A stretch of 64,000 bases of DNA from Glaucostegus cemiculus (lineage: Eukaryota), in the NCBI GenBank assembly GCA_976551045.1, contig CDPCPM010000010.1, forward strand, positions 1,488,001 to 1,552,000, read 5' to 3'. The translations under genes and the position numbers were made by a program. The notes under the pieces were generated by a model. It worked only from the letters and a program-made list of their open reading frames with translations, was not told the DNA's origin and did no database searches. Numbering within the stretch: the stretch's first letter is position 1; each line of letters starts with the position of its first letter. Shown here piece by piece: positions 1 through 14,129 of this stretch.

Positions 1-727
1 AAACCCTTGTTTCAATAACCATCTTTATACAATACAGACTCTGTGGCATATATCTACATCGTTGAAATATTCCTATATACATTCATAATGGTTAAACAGC
101 CAAAGAGTGAAAATAAACAAATACTTTTTAAATCCATAAAATTTACCCACTGTACATCCATTACCTTACATCTTTTCTTTCATTTTAAATACAAGGCACA
201 AAGAATATTACTCCTTTCTGAAACTTAAATACTTATGCAATGTCTGAAAAGGCCATGTAATTTACTCTATGAACTACTTTATGCATACTTAATAATACAA
301 GAATATATACAAAAAGAATATATAGTAATGGTGTTAATGGGAAAAAAATCAGCAACAGCTGTTAACACTAAAAGGAACTGCAAATAATTTTTTTTTTGAT
401 TTCTTGATTCAACCACTGCATCCATGTTTCTCATGAAACTTAACATAAGTTTCAACCAACATATTAGAACACATCAATCACTAGGTCATTTCAAAAGCAG
501 GTAAGTAAAATTTACCTTCTAGTACCTGAGCACATATAACCAGATCTATAATAGCATTCCTTTTTCCAGAACTCTGTATCAACATGAGTTTTCCTCTCTC
601 ATTTTAAAGCAGGCCTAACACAACTAACAAACTGTCACTTTTTTTTTTATAATGAATCCAACATTTATCACAGAAATGGCAGACATGTAATTATAGGCTG
701 AAGCTGTTTTTGACAGAAGATGGCACG
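1..727 (-). other. CREBRF: CREBRF 3'UTR (continues beyond window start)
   Basis: AT-rich sequence following the TAA stop (plus-strand tta 728-730) in the terminal exon; no splice site or repeat recognised. Confidence 0.8.
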
Positions 728-843
728 TTATACTTTCGATGTAGGAACTCGAAGACCTTCAAGACCACCTGTTGGGTCCCCTTCTCCTGTCTTTTCCAAC
801 ACTTGGTTGACAAAGTCAGATGTTTGTCCAGCTACCATTGTCC
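728..843 (-). CDS. CREBRF: CREBRF last coding exon: (G)TMVAGQTSDFVNQVLEKTGEGDPTGGLEGLRVPTSKV*
   Basis: Manual translation matches the CREBRF C-terminus (GLPVAGQTSEFVNQVLEKTAEGNPTGGLVGLRIPTSKV); acceptor ttttgatag; phase consistent with the previous exon. Confidence 0.96.
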
Positions 844-2269
844 CTATCAAAAAAAGGTTAAAAATTGACTAAAAATATTAAAGATTTGGATAATAATGTA
901 AGTGTTTATAATCTTTTCTGTTAGACATTATTATTTCTGCAACTATATAGAGCATTGTGTTGCCAAAACAAGATTTTTTTAAACAAATTTTATTCATGAT
1001 AAAAAACAAACTATATACAATTATAGAACAGTGCAACCCTTTACATTCTTACCGATCATTCACTAGTGTTACTTTTTTTATATATAGAAAACAAAACAGC
1101 ACCAATGTCACACGTGTGGCTCCCTGGGAGCTACCCGGTCCTGTACTTACAATATCTAGGGGCTTTTCGACAAGATGGTTAGTTTAAGTCCTCCCTTCAA
1201 ACTCTCTTTATTAAGATATTTAACAAAGTGATTCATCTATAATTAAACCTAACTATAGTTAAGTCATTTTGGCACCTCAAAAACAATAAAGGATGAGTAA
1301 TACCACATTTCAAAATGAACTCATGACTGAATCTTGGTCTGTAACTGATCTGTCATACACTAATTCTGGTTACTTAAATGCATACTAAAATGAATGCAGA
1401 CTAGTCTGCAGAAATTCATCCCTGGCCAGCAGTGCTAAACATGTTAAAGAATAGAGGCTTTGTCTCCCACTCCATTTCTGAAATTCAGTTCCATTTTTTG
1501 AAGCAAAGTAGAAAGCAAAGCTGTTACCACATAACAATTTGGCACCATCAACCAGGAAAACATTTCTATACTCAGAAATTCCCCACAGAAAAAGGAGGCT
1601 CAGTTTACATTAGGTAGCTCTTATATACTTCTTGGCATTAACAGCAAGAGCAACACTAATAAGAATCCAAGGGCCAGATCATAAAATGAGCTTGCAGTTA
1701 GTGCAAGGCTTAGGCAGCATAAGGAAAAGATTTAGTAAAAAAAATTTGCACCAAAATAAATAACAGCACTCATTACTGAAACTCTGACCTTTCCTGTATA
1801 ATTTCTACCCAATTAGTAAAGTTCAATGTAGTCACGCAAATAAATTTAAAATTAGAGAACTATTTCTTTGACAGTGCAGGATTTGGAAGATTATCTGATA
1901 TATTTTCCCCATATATACCCATCCCAACACTTCTGCAAGGCGAGTAATAAGAACTATAATATCAGGCAGTACATTATAAAATCACGGAGTATTCCAAAAA
2001 AAAGCCAAACAGATGCATATAAGAAGGGGGATGGTTTGCCTCAAAGTCGGTCGTGTAACCATCAGAATACTGCCTGCTAAATAGTTTAAGGTGAACTAGT
2101 TTACTATTGTTTCAATTCTGGTTAACATTTTCCAAGCCTTAAAAGAGATACCTATAAGAACATTGAAAACATTGTTGTAGTGAAGCATCCTATCAAAGTT
2201 AAGCTACCGAGGGGAAATGGAGCTTGATAAGGCAATGAATGAAAAGTAAAACAGTATATAATTTCTTAC

Positions 2270-2392
2270 CAAGTGTTTTGTTTAAGAGATTTTCAAGTTT
2301 TTCTAGCATGCTGCTGCTTTCCTTTTCCCCCTGACTCTGTACTCGACTTACTATTTCCTGTTTAATTGAATTAATCACATGAAGTAGATGAT
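2270..2392 (-). CDS. CREBRF: CREBRF coding exon (leucine-zipper end): (D)HLLHVINSIKQEIVSRVQSQGEKESSSMLEKLENLLNKTL
   Basis: Lies within ORF 2199-2453; 123 bp, ag acceptor and gtaag donor, phase 1/1. Confidence 0.95.
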
Positions 2393-5300
2393 CTATAAAG
2401 AAAAAAAGTATCAGAAATTTAGAAAATCCACTGCGTATTAAAACAAATGTCAATAGTTCTCAAGTGTCCATTGTTTGGGGTCATTTATTAAAAATACATA
2501 GAGCAAAGGAAAATAATGAAATTGGTAAACTATGTGGGGAAATGAGCATAGAAACAAAAACAATATTTTCTTTTACCCAAATTGTATGTTTATCGCTCCA
2601 TCTAAAGCACAAACTTCTGTCAAAATTGCTTTTAATGACGGGAAACGGAGCAAATCTCATGATTAACACATTTAGTTAGCTCACACAGTTAAATAAAAAC
2701 AGAAAATACTGTATATTCTCAGCAGGGCAGGCAGCATCTGTGGGCAGAGAAACAGAGTTAACGTTTTGGGTCAGTGACCTTTAGCCCAATTTTATGCTTT
2801 TCGATGAATAGTTAAATTTCTATTTGATCCAGCTGTAACCGTTGTGATATTGCCATGGAAATGTCAAGTTAATGGAATTTTACTAACATTGCCCATTTTC
2901 ACACATCAAGGAGAAACATAGATCTTGATATTTACTCAGGAAGAATGTAGGACATTGCAAGGAAAACCCTCCAAAGCTCAGAACACAAAGGATTGCTTGT
3001 GCACTGTTCCACAGTGGGAAGGGTACCAAAGTTTACGACTTGGCAAGCTGATCATTGCAGGAGAGAGGGAACACTGTAAATCATGGGCTTCAGAGGTTGG
3101 TGTTAGTGGATGGAAAAGAACAGCTGGAAAATGGCCACTTCATTAAGGGATCAGCAGAGATCACTCTTACTTCTCCTGGCTCACAAGACATACTGTAAAA
3201 GCCATCTTCTTTGACTCAGCAGTCTGCACCTCCATTTCACTGCCAGAGTTCCTCAGCCCTGGGAAATATGTACACACAACACCAGCAAATTTTTAATCAG
3301 GCTCCAAATTAGGGAGCCTTAGTTAAGTATGTTAATGAAGTGTATCACATTGTCACTGGCTGCATACATGGCATGTTGCAACATATTCCCAGGTACAAAA
3401 TTAATGACAAGATCTTCTTTCAGCTGTCACAGCAAAAATTATGGTCATTTTGCTGGAAAAAGTAGTATTTGTCTACAATGTATTCATCTCATTAAACCCT
3501 CCAATGAACGTTATTGCTTGTTGGATCCAAGATAAAAGTTGATATTCTGACCCAAGCTTTGCTTCAAGCCCCTATGTTTTATCTTTATTTTTTCAATACG
3601 AGTTTTCCACTTCCCATGGCAATTATGCTAAGATTGTGACTGGCTAAGATACAGCCTGCTTTTTAAACCTAGCCTATTAGTATTAGATCTCTTTCTCTAA
3701 TCCTCAGCTCAGTTATTAACGTACAGAACTGAAGACCATAGCAACTGTGGGTCAAAGACCCTTCGAACTGAAAGCTTAACTTTGTTTCTCTTTTCACAGA
3801 CATCCGGTGAGCCTTTCCAGCATTTTCTATTCTTATTTCACTGGAGTGTTTCCGGGGATGAAGGATATAACTAAATGAGTGAGACTGGGCTACAGTTACT
3901 GGTGTTCAGAATAATTGCATTGAAACATACAAAATCTGAGCAAGACTGGCAAGGTAGGTGCTGAGAGGCTGGTTCCTCTAAATGGAGAAGCCAAACCCAG
4001 TTCAATTACATACTGAGGAATGAAGCTGAATCATTATGATTGCTCCTGGGCAATACATACATCCTAGATAGATGCACTGAGAGTTTGTCAATTAAATAAT
4101 GCTGGAACTAAACAGATCTAGTTGAAATAAAATTTAAAATGGATTCCACTTTCTGCACTATTTTAACAATTTTCCTTTTCTTCTCTCCTGGGGATAGTCA
4201 TCCATTTCCAAGCAGAAACATTCCAGCATCATGTCAGAGGGTATATGATTGATAACATGGCTGTGAACATCTTCTCCTTCTTCTTTGGTAGTCCCATGAG
4301 ACTGAGGATTACTCCAATTCTGAGATAGCTAATGAAGGCAATGTGGGAACTGCATTCTTCAACAGATGGGGTAGGAGGGCCCCAACTGGGTAGGTAGGTA
4401 AATAGTTTGTAAGGTGGAGCATCCATTCTTTTGCTAATTCATGGCTTCCAAGTGCTTGCATTGCATGGACTTGAGTTTCTCAATACCATCCAAAATGCTT
4501 ATGGACCAGAGATTCCCAGGAGTCGGGAATATTGTTCCAAACACATCCTTTTTCCCTGATCATTAATTAGACCATGTTATGTTGTATGAGGAGAATGAAT
4601 GTCTCCTTTGTGAGTTTCATGACAGGGCTTCAATGATGGAATGTTGGTCTGGGAGAGGATGTTAATGTTTGGAAGATTTTGCTGAGACAGAGTTGGTGGT
4701 ATTTTTCCAGTATCTTGAAATACCTGTTGTGGGTAGTCTAGGTCTTGGAAGCAAATAGAAACTATAGCCCAGTAGACCATACGGTCAGAGGGCCAAATCA
4801 TCAAATATTCTTTTCCTGAAGCCAATAAGTGCCACACTGGTACACATAAAGTAGTGGTGAATTCCATCACTGCTCAGAGCTCCCAAGCTACAGGAAACAT
4901 TCCACATTTTCTAGCATCTCACCATGAACCTTTATTATCAGAGGACACTGTGGTGCAGCAGTAGGAGCAGGTTGGTAAAGGAATATATTAGTCTTATTGC
5001 CCTAGTTATTGCGCAATCATTAGTATTGCATGGAAAAGTCCCTACAAGAACTTTAATTTTGTTTTCTTTTTCTGGAGGAACAGATGTTGTAGAATATCAA
5101 TTTAAAATTGGAATTTGAAATGTTGTACAGTTCCACAAAGATGAGATTCCTTACCTGTATACTGAATTATTAATATATAAATCATGAATCTTACATGGAC
5201 TTCTTCAGTTAGTGGAAGAATCGTACATTTTAGCTGTTTGTCTTAACAAGTTGAGAAACGCTACTGTACTAGGTTTGATGCAGGTTATAAACAACAGATA

Positions 5301-5521
5301 TTACAAGCCCTGCTGCATTGGCACCAATTTCAGTAAACTGAAAACCTGATGCTATTAACTAAAAAATACTAACATATTAAAGAATTATTCAGCCAGAAAA
5401 ATGCATAATGGATGTTTATTAAATAAATAATGCAGCCTTAAAAGGGTAAAGAAAAATTGAACTTACAACAGCTTGAACCAACAATGTACCCAAAATAAAT
5501 TAAACAAGGCTGCGTTCTTAC

Positions 5522-5595
5522 CATATTCTGTGTTGAGACCCCACAGCTTAACTTTATTTGCTTCATATTGAGCCTTTTTCTTTAGGCGACAAGCC
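5522..5595 (-). CDS. CREBRF: CREBRF coding exon (bZIP basic region/zipper): (R)ACRLKKKAQYEANKVKLWGLNTEY
   Basis: Manual translation; 74 bp, ttgcag acceptor, gtaag donor; matches the vertebrate CREBRF motif. Confidence 0.97.
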
Positions 5596-6169
5596 CTGCA
5601 AATAAAAATATACAAATCAGGAAATACTTACTTGAAATGGTTATTATTGCTAAACTAGGTAAGTTAACTGGAAACTTATTAAGATGAAAAATCAGTACAA
5701 ACTTGCAGTGCATTTAGCTTTCCCCTTTCTCATTATCATTTTGTAAATACTTAAAAAAAATCAAAATGTTTTGTAAAAGTAGAATCTTCCTTGTTTCGAT
5801 GCCACAGTTGCAGTATTAGAATAAAATGCGTGTGAGAGCCTCACACTCTCCCAGTGTTGAACTTGTTCTATAACTCTTACCACTGAAATATACTATACAG
5901 GACAGGAAACTGGATCATTGTCCAAAAGTATTTTCAGCATTTTCTCTTTTTATAAATGAGACTACGATTTCTTTCTTCATACATGACCCGTAATAAAACT
6001 CAAGACCAGGGAAAAAAAAATCAAATGAACTTGAAGCATTCTACTTGTTTGTAGAATGTTTTGGCAAGTTAAGTCAATGATAGCAGAAGCATGTAGGCCA
6101 GGATCTGTGCTAAATTATCTTCTCTCAGCCATATTTAGAGCAAATGCTGATTTCTAACAAGTGGTTTAT

Positions 6170-6800
6170 GTTTAATGATACTAATATTTTTTTGAAAGAG
6201 TAACAAAAGTAGGATTTTTCTCTGGATTTAGTCTGTATGGATTTCCAGAAGACATTTCATAAGATTTCACACAAGAGATTCAAGAAAACTAGTGTTAATA
6301 GAATTATAGTCAAATTAATGACCTTCTTGGTAGATTAGTTAGGTGAAAGAAGACTTAATTTGAAAAAAGATCGGTATGTGCTAGAATTTGAAAAGTGACC
6401 AGTGGTACTACTAGAAACTGCATTGGGACCTCAGTTATTTGCTATATTTAATGATAATTAAAATAAAGCAATATGACCCGCACAGCCAAATACAACCAAT
6501 TTGGACCAAGAAGATATAGCCAAGCAATTTTATGAGATTTGGCCATCCATGCAATATATAATTTAAAAGTAGCCAGATACAAAGAAAATCCAAATCTCTA
6601 ACAGAGCTAGAGTTTTGGACGTAAAGAGAACATATTGCTACAGCTGGTCTCCGGTGCTCTGGGAACAGCATTTTCGAAAGATAAACTGCCTTTGTAAAAT
6701 GCAGAGTGCCGATTTCCTCACAATGTTTTCATTGCTTTAAGAGGCTATAAAGATGATCAGGTTAGTATTTTACACAGAATATACACCACAGAAATAGGCC
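6170..6800 (+). mobile_element. Old degraded CR1 RT fragment
   Basis: Decayed tatggatttccagaag...cataagatttcacac (DFQKAFDKVPH-like) and ttgggacctcagttattt (LGPQLF) motifs. Confidence 0.55.
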
Positions 6801-6859
6801 TAACTGTTCACACTCTGATTGCCTAATCCTCCAACCTTTCATCCAACATAAACTTACCC

Positions 6860-8190
6860 AAATTCCCCTGTCTCTGAATCTATGAGTTTCACATTTAATC
6901 ATTTTCAAGTTGAAAACTTCTTTTTTCTGAATTTCTTATCCTATTTCTTTTTGTATTGATAATTTTACATCAATTTTGTATTGATAGCTTTTGGTTTTCC
7001 TTTTCCTCATAAATGAAAACAAAAACAATCTACCTACTCTATTCACTCAGAATTTTAAAGACCTCTCTTAAATCGTCCTTTAATCTTTGCTTTATAAGGG
7101 GCCCATCTGTTCATTTACTGGAAGTCTTAACTTCAGTTCCAGTATTCTTGTAAATCTTATATGTACCTTGTCCAATGCCCCTAAAACCCTCTCTTAAAAA
7201 TATACCAAGTAGAACTATCTGCTACATATCAAGTGTAGACCAATCCTGTTCAGTTCCTGGAAGGTATAACTTCACATTTCTAGTATTCTTCTAAATCTTT
7301 TATGTACTCTGTCCAATGCCTCTAAATCCCTTAGATAATATATCAATTAGAACTATCTGCTGAATGCCAACTGTAAACTATTTAAGATTTGATATTGCCT
7401 AGCAAAATTTCTCCACTTTTCAATTCTATTCCCCCAGAAATCAACACATACATGTTTTTATTATGGTCTTACTAACTTACATTACAATCTTTAGCATTTT
7501 GTGCATTTCTACTTCCAACTCCTTTTGGTCCTCTATCCCATTTAACTTCCTATTATTATCTAAATACTTAACCCCATTAATTTAAAAATATACTATTCCT
7601 CATAAATATTGCATTGAAATCAATTAGTCAATTTATATGCCCATTCTTAAAGTTCAGTATTTCCTTCTTATCGTAGCCCTTTTCACAGCTGACTCTCTTT
7701 CTCCCAATTTAGAATGTTCAACAAATTTTAAAAAATGCTTCTGATTACCATGTCTAAATAAGTAACATAAACTGTGAACAGCCCATAGCTGATTTTTATT
7801 AGATCCCTGCTTACTAGCTTTCAGCCAGCTAGAAATGCTTTCTTTCTCTTGGCCCCTTGCCACACATCATCAGACCTTATTCTTTGGCCCATTATGCAAC
7901 ACCTTATCAAAGTTCTTTTATAAATCAAGATATAGCACAACTACTGTTATCTGTACCCTGTTACTTTTCAAAGAATTCAACTGAAACTGGTCAAACAATG
8001 ACTGTTCATTATTAAGCACTCGTTTTTATTATGTTTCTTTTTCTGTGGCAGGATTCCGTTCCTATCAAATTTCTAGCATGAAGCTGATGTTCCATAATTT
8101 TCTGGACATGTCCTATCTTCCTTCTGACACATGGCTCCAAGGTTAATGACCACCCCTCTGGCACTTTTAAAAAAATGTGCGTAATAATGT
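6860..8190 (-). mobile_element. Old degraded CR1 fragment
   Basis: Antisense motifs such as accttatcaaagttcttttataaatcaag and ttcaaagaattcaa. Confidence 0.5.
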
Positions 8191-8204
8191 CCATATCAGT
8201 CTCT

Positions 8205-8498
8205 GTGGCAGGCAGGCACAGTGGTTAGCATAACGCTTTACAGCGCCAGTGACCCGGGTTCAAATCCAGCCACTGCCTGTAAGGAGTTTGTACGTTCTCC
8301 CCGTGTCTGTGTGGGTTTCCTCCGGGTGCTCTGGTTCCCTCCCACATTCCAAAGACGTATAGGTTAGGAAGTTATGGGCATGCTATGCTGGTGCCGGAAG
8401 TGTGGTGACACTTGCGGGCTGCCCCCCAAATCACTACGCAAAAGATGTATTTCACTGTATGTTTCGATGTACATGTGACTAATAAAGATCTTATCTTA
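8205..8498 (+). mobile_element. tRNA-derived V-SINE (HE1-like), tail type A
   Basis: A/B boxes (gtggttagc; gggttcaaatcc); V-core gagtttgtacgttctccccgtgtctgtgtgggtttcctccgggtgctc; tail aataaagatcttatctta. Confidence 0.9.
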
Positions 8499-9949
8499 CC
8501 TAAATTCCTGGAATGTGTGGATATACTCCAAACAGTCCAGGGGATTTGTACACTGTTTTCATTCAATATTTCCCTTTTTTATTTAATTCCACATGTAATT
8601 TCTAATCTCATTTTACGATTTCATGTCCATTTGATCCATGTCTCAGATAAATAATGAAGCCAGATAATTACTGTACATTGTTACTGCCTCTGAATCTTTT
8701 CCTGACCATTCCATTATGGTCATATTCTCATTCTAACTTAATTTCTTTTAAACAGGCTGATAAATATTTTATTATTTTAAGTTTTTTTTGATAATTTACC
8801 TTCCTTGTTCCTATTTCTTAATTGCTTTGAAAGGAATTGATGTGTTAGATAAAAAAATATTTTCTGCTGGACAAAGGGAACCAGAGGAGAAGTTACAAAA
8901 TACTTTTTTTTTTAAGGAAATGGATGGTGGAAGTTACACCACTGACCAACAAATAACAGTTAAGCTCAAGAATCTCTTTCTAGTCAAGGATAGTAAGGGA
9001 CAAGTAGTCAATGTAGATATTGACATTAGGACACAGATCACATATACTGTAACTGAAGGACAGGCGGACTCCAGGTGCTGACTAACCTATTTGTTGTTCC
9101 TATTTTCCTTAGAATTTCCTTAGTCAATGTCTTCAGAGTAAAGAATTGGAGAGAAAATGGGAAAGAAAAAGGGCAATTGCTTCAGTTTTAGATGCAATTT
9201 ACATTCAATGTTAAACAATACCAGAACCAGATTTGACTACAAACAATATTGTCTGATTCATTTAAGAAAGCTACATTTTTGAAGTGTTGATTGAACATTT
9301 ATCTCCTCATTCGTTTCTCAATAAAGCAGCTTCCAGACCATTGTTCTGTTAACCAAAAGCAATTACTAGTTATTAAAAATGTTTATGATAAGAAATGTAA
9401 TCGATACAAGTCAGACAATGCATGCAAAAACATCATGAAATGTAGTTTAAGAAATACTGTCATCAAAACTAAATCTCCTTGGAATAAAGATCATTACTCA
9501 CCTTTAGAATAATGTAGTCATCATTTTCTGAAAAGGTACACTCCACATCCCAAGGGTAGGTAGCCTATTCAACTGGGGGAAAAAAAATAATAAAAAAAAT
9601 TACAGGGCTGTGCCTCCGCTACTACTGCTTGAAGTTCACCAACACTCCTGGCAGAGAACAGAGTTAGGAACAAAGTCCTTTTGACAGCAGCTTTAATCTA
9701 CAGTAGCCATTGGCTCAATAGGGGCTGGGACTGGGGCTGGGTTGCATCAGGTTATACAGCGCAAAGATCCCATGCTTGGATCAAGCAATTGGTTGGGATC
9801 TTGATGTTGGGACAAAACTCAAGGAATGGCTTTCCAAAGAATGTCCTTCCACTTGGAAATGAAAGATAGAGAGAACTTATGCAGATAGTTCCATGGAGTT
9901 GCGCTGAAGTCTTGCATACAGCAGTTCCAGGATATAAATGAACATCAGG

Positions 9950-12100
9950 CTTTATCATGAGAGAAACCAAATCTGAGGATCAAAAATAATACTTAACAGC
10001 CTACCCATATTGCAAATGCTAAAAGAAGTTCTGCAAAATTCTTTCACTGACAATTTAAGTCCCTTGGAAGTCATCGAAAATAGGTTTTGGCTCACTTACT
10101 AATGATAAAGAAAAACTGAAGTGGAAATAATGTTCATTTCACCTTAAGCTTTGATCATCAAGTATTTGAGAGACAAAACAGTGAGCCAAAGAGGACTCTG
10201 AAATGTTGAAATCATCCAATGGTATTCCTGTGCATCTTCATCAAAAATTTGTGTTGGGGACAGTCAGTGGACAAAGAAGCAATCATAAAGGTTTTCCTTG
10301 CTCAGTTGATTGCAACCTATAGGGCAGCACGAAAGAATAAATTTGAATATAACTGCAAGAGCATTTTGAAATATTTTTAAATCTCCAACCCTGGATTGGG
10401 CTCAGCTGTTCTTTGAAGGTGTTTCAAGGGTTAACAGCATTTGTACAATTACCATTATTAATGCTGTACAACTCTAATAAGTAGGTTTTCCATTAGTGAT
10501 TTCAGTAGTCATCAAACTCAAAACAAAGTATTCATGTTAAGTTGCTTTTGTTAGAAAATCCTTGTTAGGCCTAGCTACATGCATCTTTAAATGACATGCT
10601 TGAATGACATGTAGCCTGCCACAAGCGGTTTCATCTCTGAATAAACTGCTGTGTCCAGCCCTCCATCCAAACACAGTTGCAAAAATGAAAATTAGAATGT
10701 GCACCAACCTCTTCCATTTCTACTTTATTTCAGGATGTTCAATTAGCCCCTTTTGTTAAATCGCCACATAAAGCCTTTGTAAGGTGATGGGAAATTATAC
10801 ATGTTCTACATGATTGGGTGGATGAAATCCAGACACATCAGATTATGATTCGATAATAAACAGGTTAGAGACAGGTTTTAGAATATACTCTTTCCTGTGA
10901 AAAGAATTCTACTTTGACATGGAGCCAGAAGATTCAGTTCCAGGTAGAAGAGAGCCCAGAGTGTGAAAACTTCCAAGAGCAGTCTGGTGCATTTTCTATT
11001 ATTTAATGAAGGATGGAGGAGGACAAAAGGAACAAATTTCAGAATTTCTCTTTCTGCGATGATGAAAACCAATACCATGCCAAGTTATTGGCAGGAGGAG
11101 TCCTTACATAATGAAAATCTTTCCCATTTGTTCTATTCTCTCAAGACAATTCAAATATAGCACTTGCTCTGGTAAATAGCAAAAAGCCTCTGATGAAGGC
11201 AGAACGTGTAACAACCATCTCGAGGTTTATAAATTCCGTAAGTGCTTCTAATTCAAAACCAAAAGTGATTTCTGTAGCAATCTATGATAGTACTTCATGA
11301 AAGAATGCATTTCAGCAGCGGAATGCCGCACATTTCCTGAACGATGGAGGACATAATAATAATCACAAGCTCTCCTTCCATAGGGACTACTTCCAGTTAA
11401 AGATGTCATCAACAAGTTTGATGACAAGAGGTAAAAAGAGGATTTTCATTATCGTTGTTTTAAAATATAATGACATGCTGGCATAAAAAACGTTTTCATG
11501 TTGATGTCTATTTTTATGATCATCATCATTACTCCTTGAAAGGATAAAACTCCATAATGACTTTCCAGTTGCTGTTGTTCTTGATCTTCCCCCAATCTGA
11601 ATTGAATCAAAACCAGAAGAGACAAAAAGAGTCAGGTTTTTGGCATCACTCCATGAGAGCCACTGCAAGGGATTGTGCCTTCATTCTTCCACATAAGGCG
11701 CAGATATCCTTGTCTAATGAAATCTTAGCAGTTCAATAAAAACTGAAACCTTTGAAACATTCGTTTCACAGTCAATCTGCAGGTTTGCCTTCAGACATAA
11801 GGGCTTTGGAAATTAGCTCTGATAACTTACCTGATGTTCCAGTCCATGAGTATTCTTGTTTCCAGAAAGATTTCAAATGTTTAACAGTGGAATTTTTCAA
11901 ATGTTCATGTTCATTCCTGACAGTATGCACCAGCATAAGACAATTACACCAGTATTAGAGTATGCCAGCACGTAAGTAAATAAACTCCAAGTTGACAGTG
12001 GAAAACTACACTTTCTACTTCCAACTTTCTAATAAGGGCCAGGATCAGAAGTAGCTGCTTTACTGCAACTCTCAAAGATCAGTGGACCTCCCTTTGTCAC
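9950..12100 (-). mobile_element. Possible fossil hAT (TTF zinc finger type) transposase
   Basis: WLSWSDAKNL/LFCLFW and VLAYS...LCWC segments, CHS...DAC segment; many stops and frameshifts; no terminal repeats found. Confidence 0.3.
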
Positions 12101-13205
12101 AAGAAGAGGATGGACCAAAAGGAGGTGCATCAAGTTTTACTTTTCCTGTATTGCATCCTATTAATTCAAGCCTTCCCCTGGCTCAATATACAAACATAGC
12201 CTGAGGAGTAATGGGTAAAGCTTGTTAAATAACTTAGGAATAGCCGTCTCCACAGTAACAGCTCTTTTTTTTTCTATTATATTCCTGCTTTTCTTCTCAG
12301 AGAAAATCTGGAATGTAACCATATGAATGACTGAGCTTCTTTGGTAGATGTCTGTATTTTGAATGAATGATGATGCTGTAATCCGATTTATCCTACTACA
12401 CAAATATAAGAGTTCACAATGTGATCAAGAGGAAAGCAATGGATGTAGCATATACAGTATGCTTGTTGACAATAGAGAGGAATTTCCTTCAGCTGATACA
12501 GAACTTTAAATTCAGCTAAACAAAATGCAGATATTGAATATTCTTTCAAAGGTGCGAAACTTGGGCATCAGGGCAGTAAAAACAAGACGTTGATTGAGAA
12601 GATTTTTTATGCGATGCAACAAACATAAAACAAGTGTCAATGGCCAGAGAAAAAAAAACTAAAGATGGATACCTGGAGGTGCCCTTGTAGAGTGCAATTA
12701 TCACACAGCTATACTAAATTACTAAGGGACAGATGTCCCATTGAATTTCCCAGTTGGATAGGCCACCTAGGTATACGTATGTGGAGTAGAATCAATGAAG
12801 ATAATAAAAAACAATTGAGCTTCATCTTTCCATTATGTTTGAAAATCCTTTTATTAATACGTTCCAAGAAATGTTTTTCCCCCAAACTCTCCAACCTTCA
12901 GATGAGAAGGCGGATTCATTTAGCATTAGGCAGAGCGAAAATGAGTCAATGCTGTATTTAAAACCACAGCATTTGATCTCTTTTGCACAAAAATTTGTAA
13001 TGGGTGGATATGAATTAAGTAATTAGAGCTCTACCCACTCATTAATTCAATAGAATTAAATTGAGGGAACGAGAATATATATCAAATGTTTATTAGATTG
13101 AAATCCCTCAAGTAATAACAAAATGTTGAAATAATTTTGCTTCCAATTATAAAAGACTGTTTATATGCAGGACTGACAATGTTGCTAAGAATTCTTCTTC
13201 ATTAC

Positions 13206-13395
13206 CTGGATGCTAGTTTGTTCTTCTCTTTTCTGGATCTTGGTCTGGCAGTTAACGGCAGTTCACTTACAGGTGTCAGATCACTAATCACCTTGTTTAA
13301 TTTTCTAAGTTCATTTCCAATCTGTAGTAATTTTCTTGGATTTGGAGTCAAATCTTCAACATCCGTTCTGCGAGATTTCTTCACTAAATATTTTC
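13206..13395 (-). CDS. CREBRF: CREBRF coding exon: (G)[62 protein letters not shown]
   Basis: ORF 13202-13432; 190 bp with AG/GT boundaries; near-identical to CREBRF. Confidence 0.97.
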
Positions 13396-14129
13396 CTATT
13401 TTGACAAGGACACAAATTATTAGCTCATCCACTTGACTAACATGTTATGAAACTAAACAATTATGAATATAGCACAAGTAATTTGACATGACAACTCAAG
13501 TGTAGCATGATTTAGAGGAACATGCGAGCTTGCATTCCAAAGTTTTACACCACTTGAGTTTACCTTGCCACATTTGTATATTTCTGCCTAACTAATGATA
13601 GAGACTGACCGTAATAATTAATTAACAATACAACATGATGTATTACGCAGGATGGTAGAAGACAAACTGCATGAAAGTTTTTCTTCCATCCACAAATTCT
13701 TTTGTTCTTTAATCAAATGAAGTTATATGAAATTATTATAAACTAAGATTTTCATGATTAAAAAAGGAAATGTAGTCGATACTGGAAACTTAGAACTATT
13801 GGATGCTACTCCTAAGAATACTCAAACACACATTTATTTCACTTTTTTTAACATCTTGAATAGTATAATATGTAGTATGAACCCGGTGAGTTTAAAGCAA
13901 GCAGGAAGTAAAGCCTAGTAAGTTGCAGTTTGTCAAAACAATTAAGATTCCTGATTCCCCCCAGTGTTCCTGACCCCGACCCCAGTTCCATCTGCACACC
14001 TAGACCTCACTCTAGATCTCGTGTTCACATTCTGGACTAATGAGCCAGATTCTGAACCATTGGGATTTCCAAAGATCAGATGCCGGATTGTCAGAATTTT
14101 ACTGTAAATAAATTCAGGAAGCATGCATA

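Noticed and set aside
4230-5100. Possible very old L1/Tx1 3' fragment
   Set aside because: Only a faint H..F.C pattern; too degraded to support a call.
8215-8275. tRNA gene suggested by A/B boxes (also 42030-42085 and 54695-54765)
   Set aside because: These are tRNA-derived SINE heads followed by V-core and tails; no cloverleaf.
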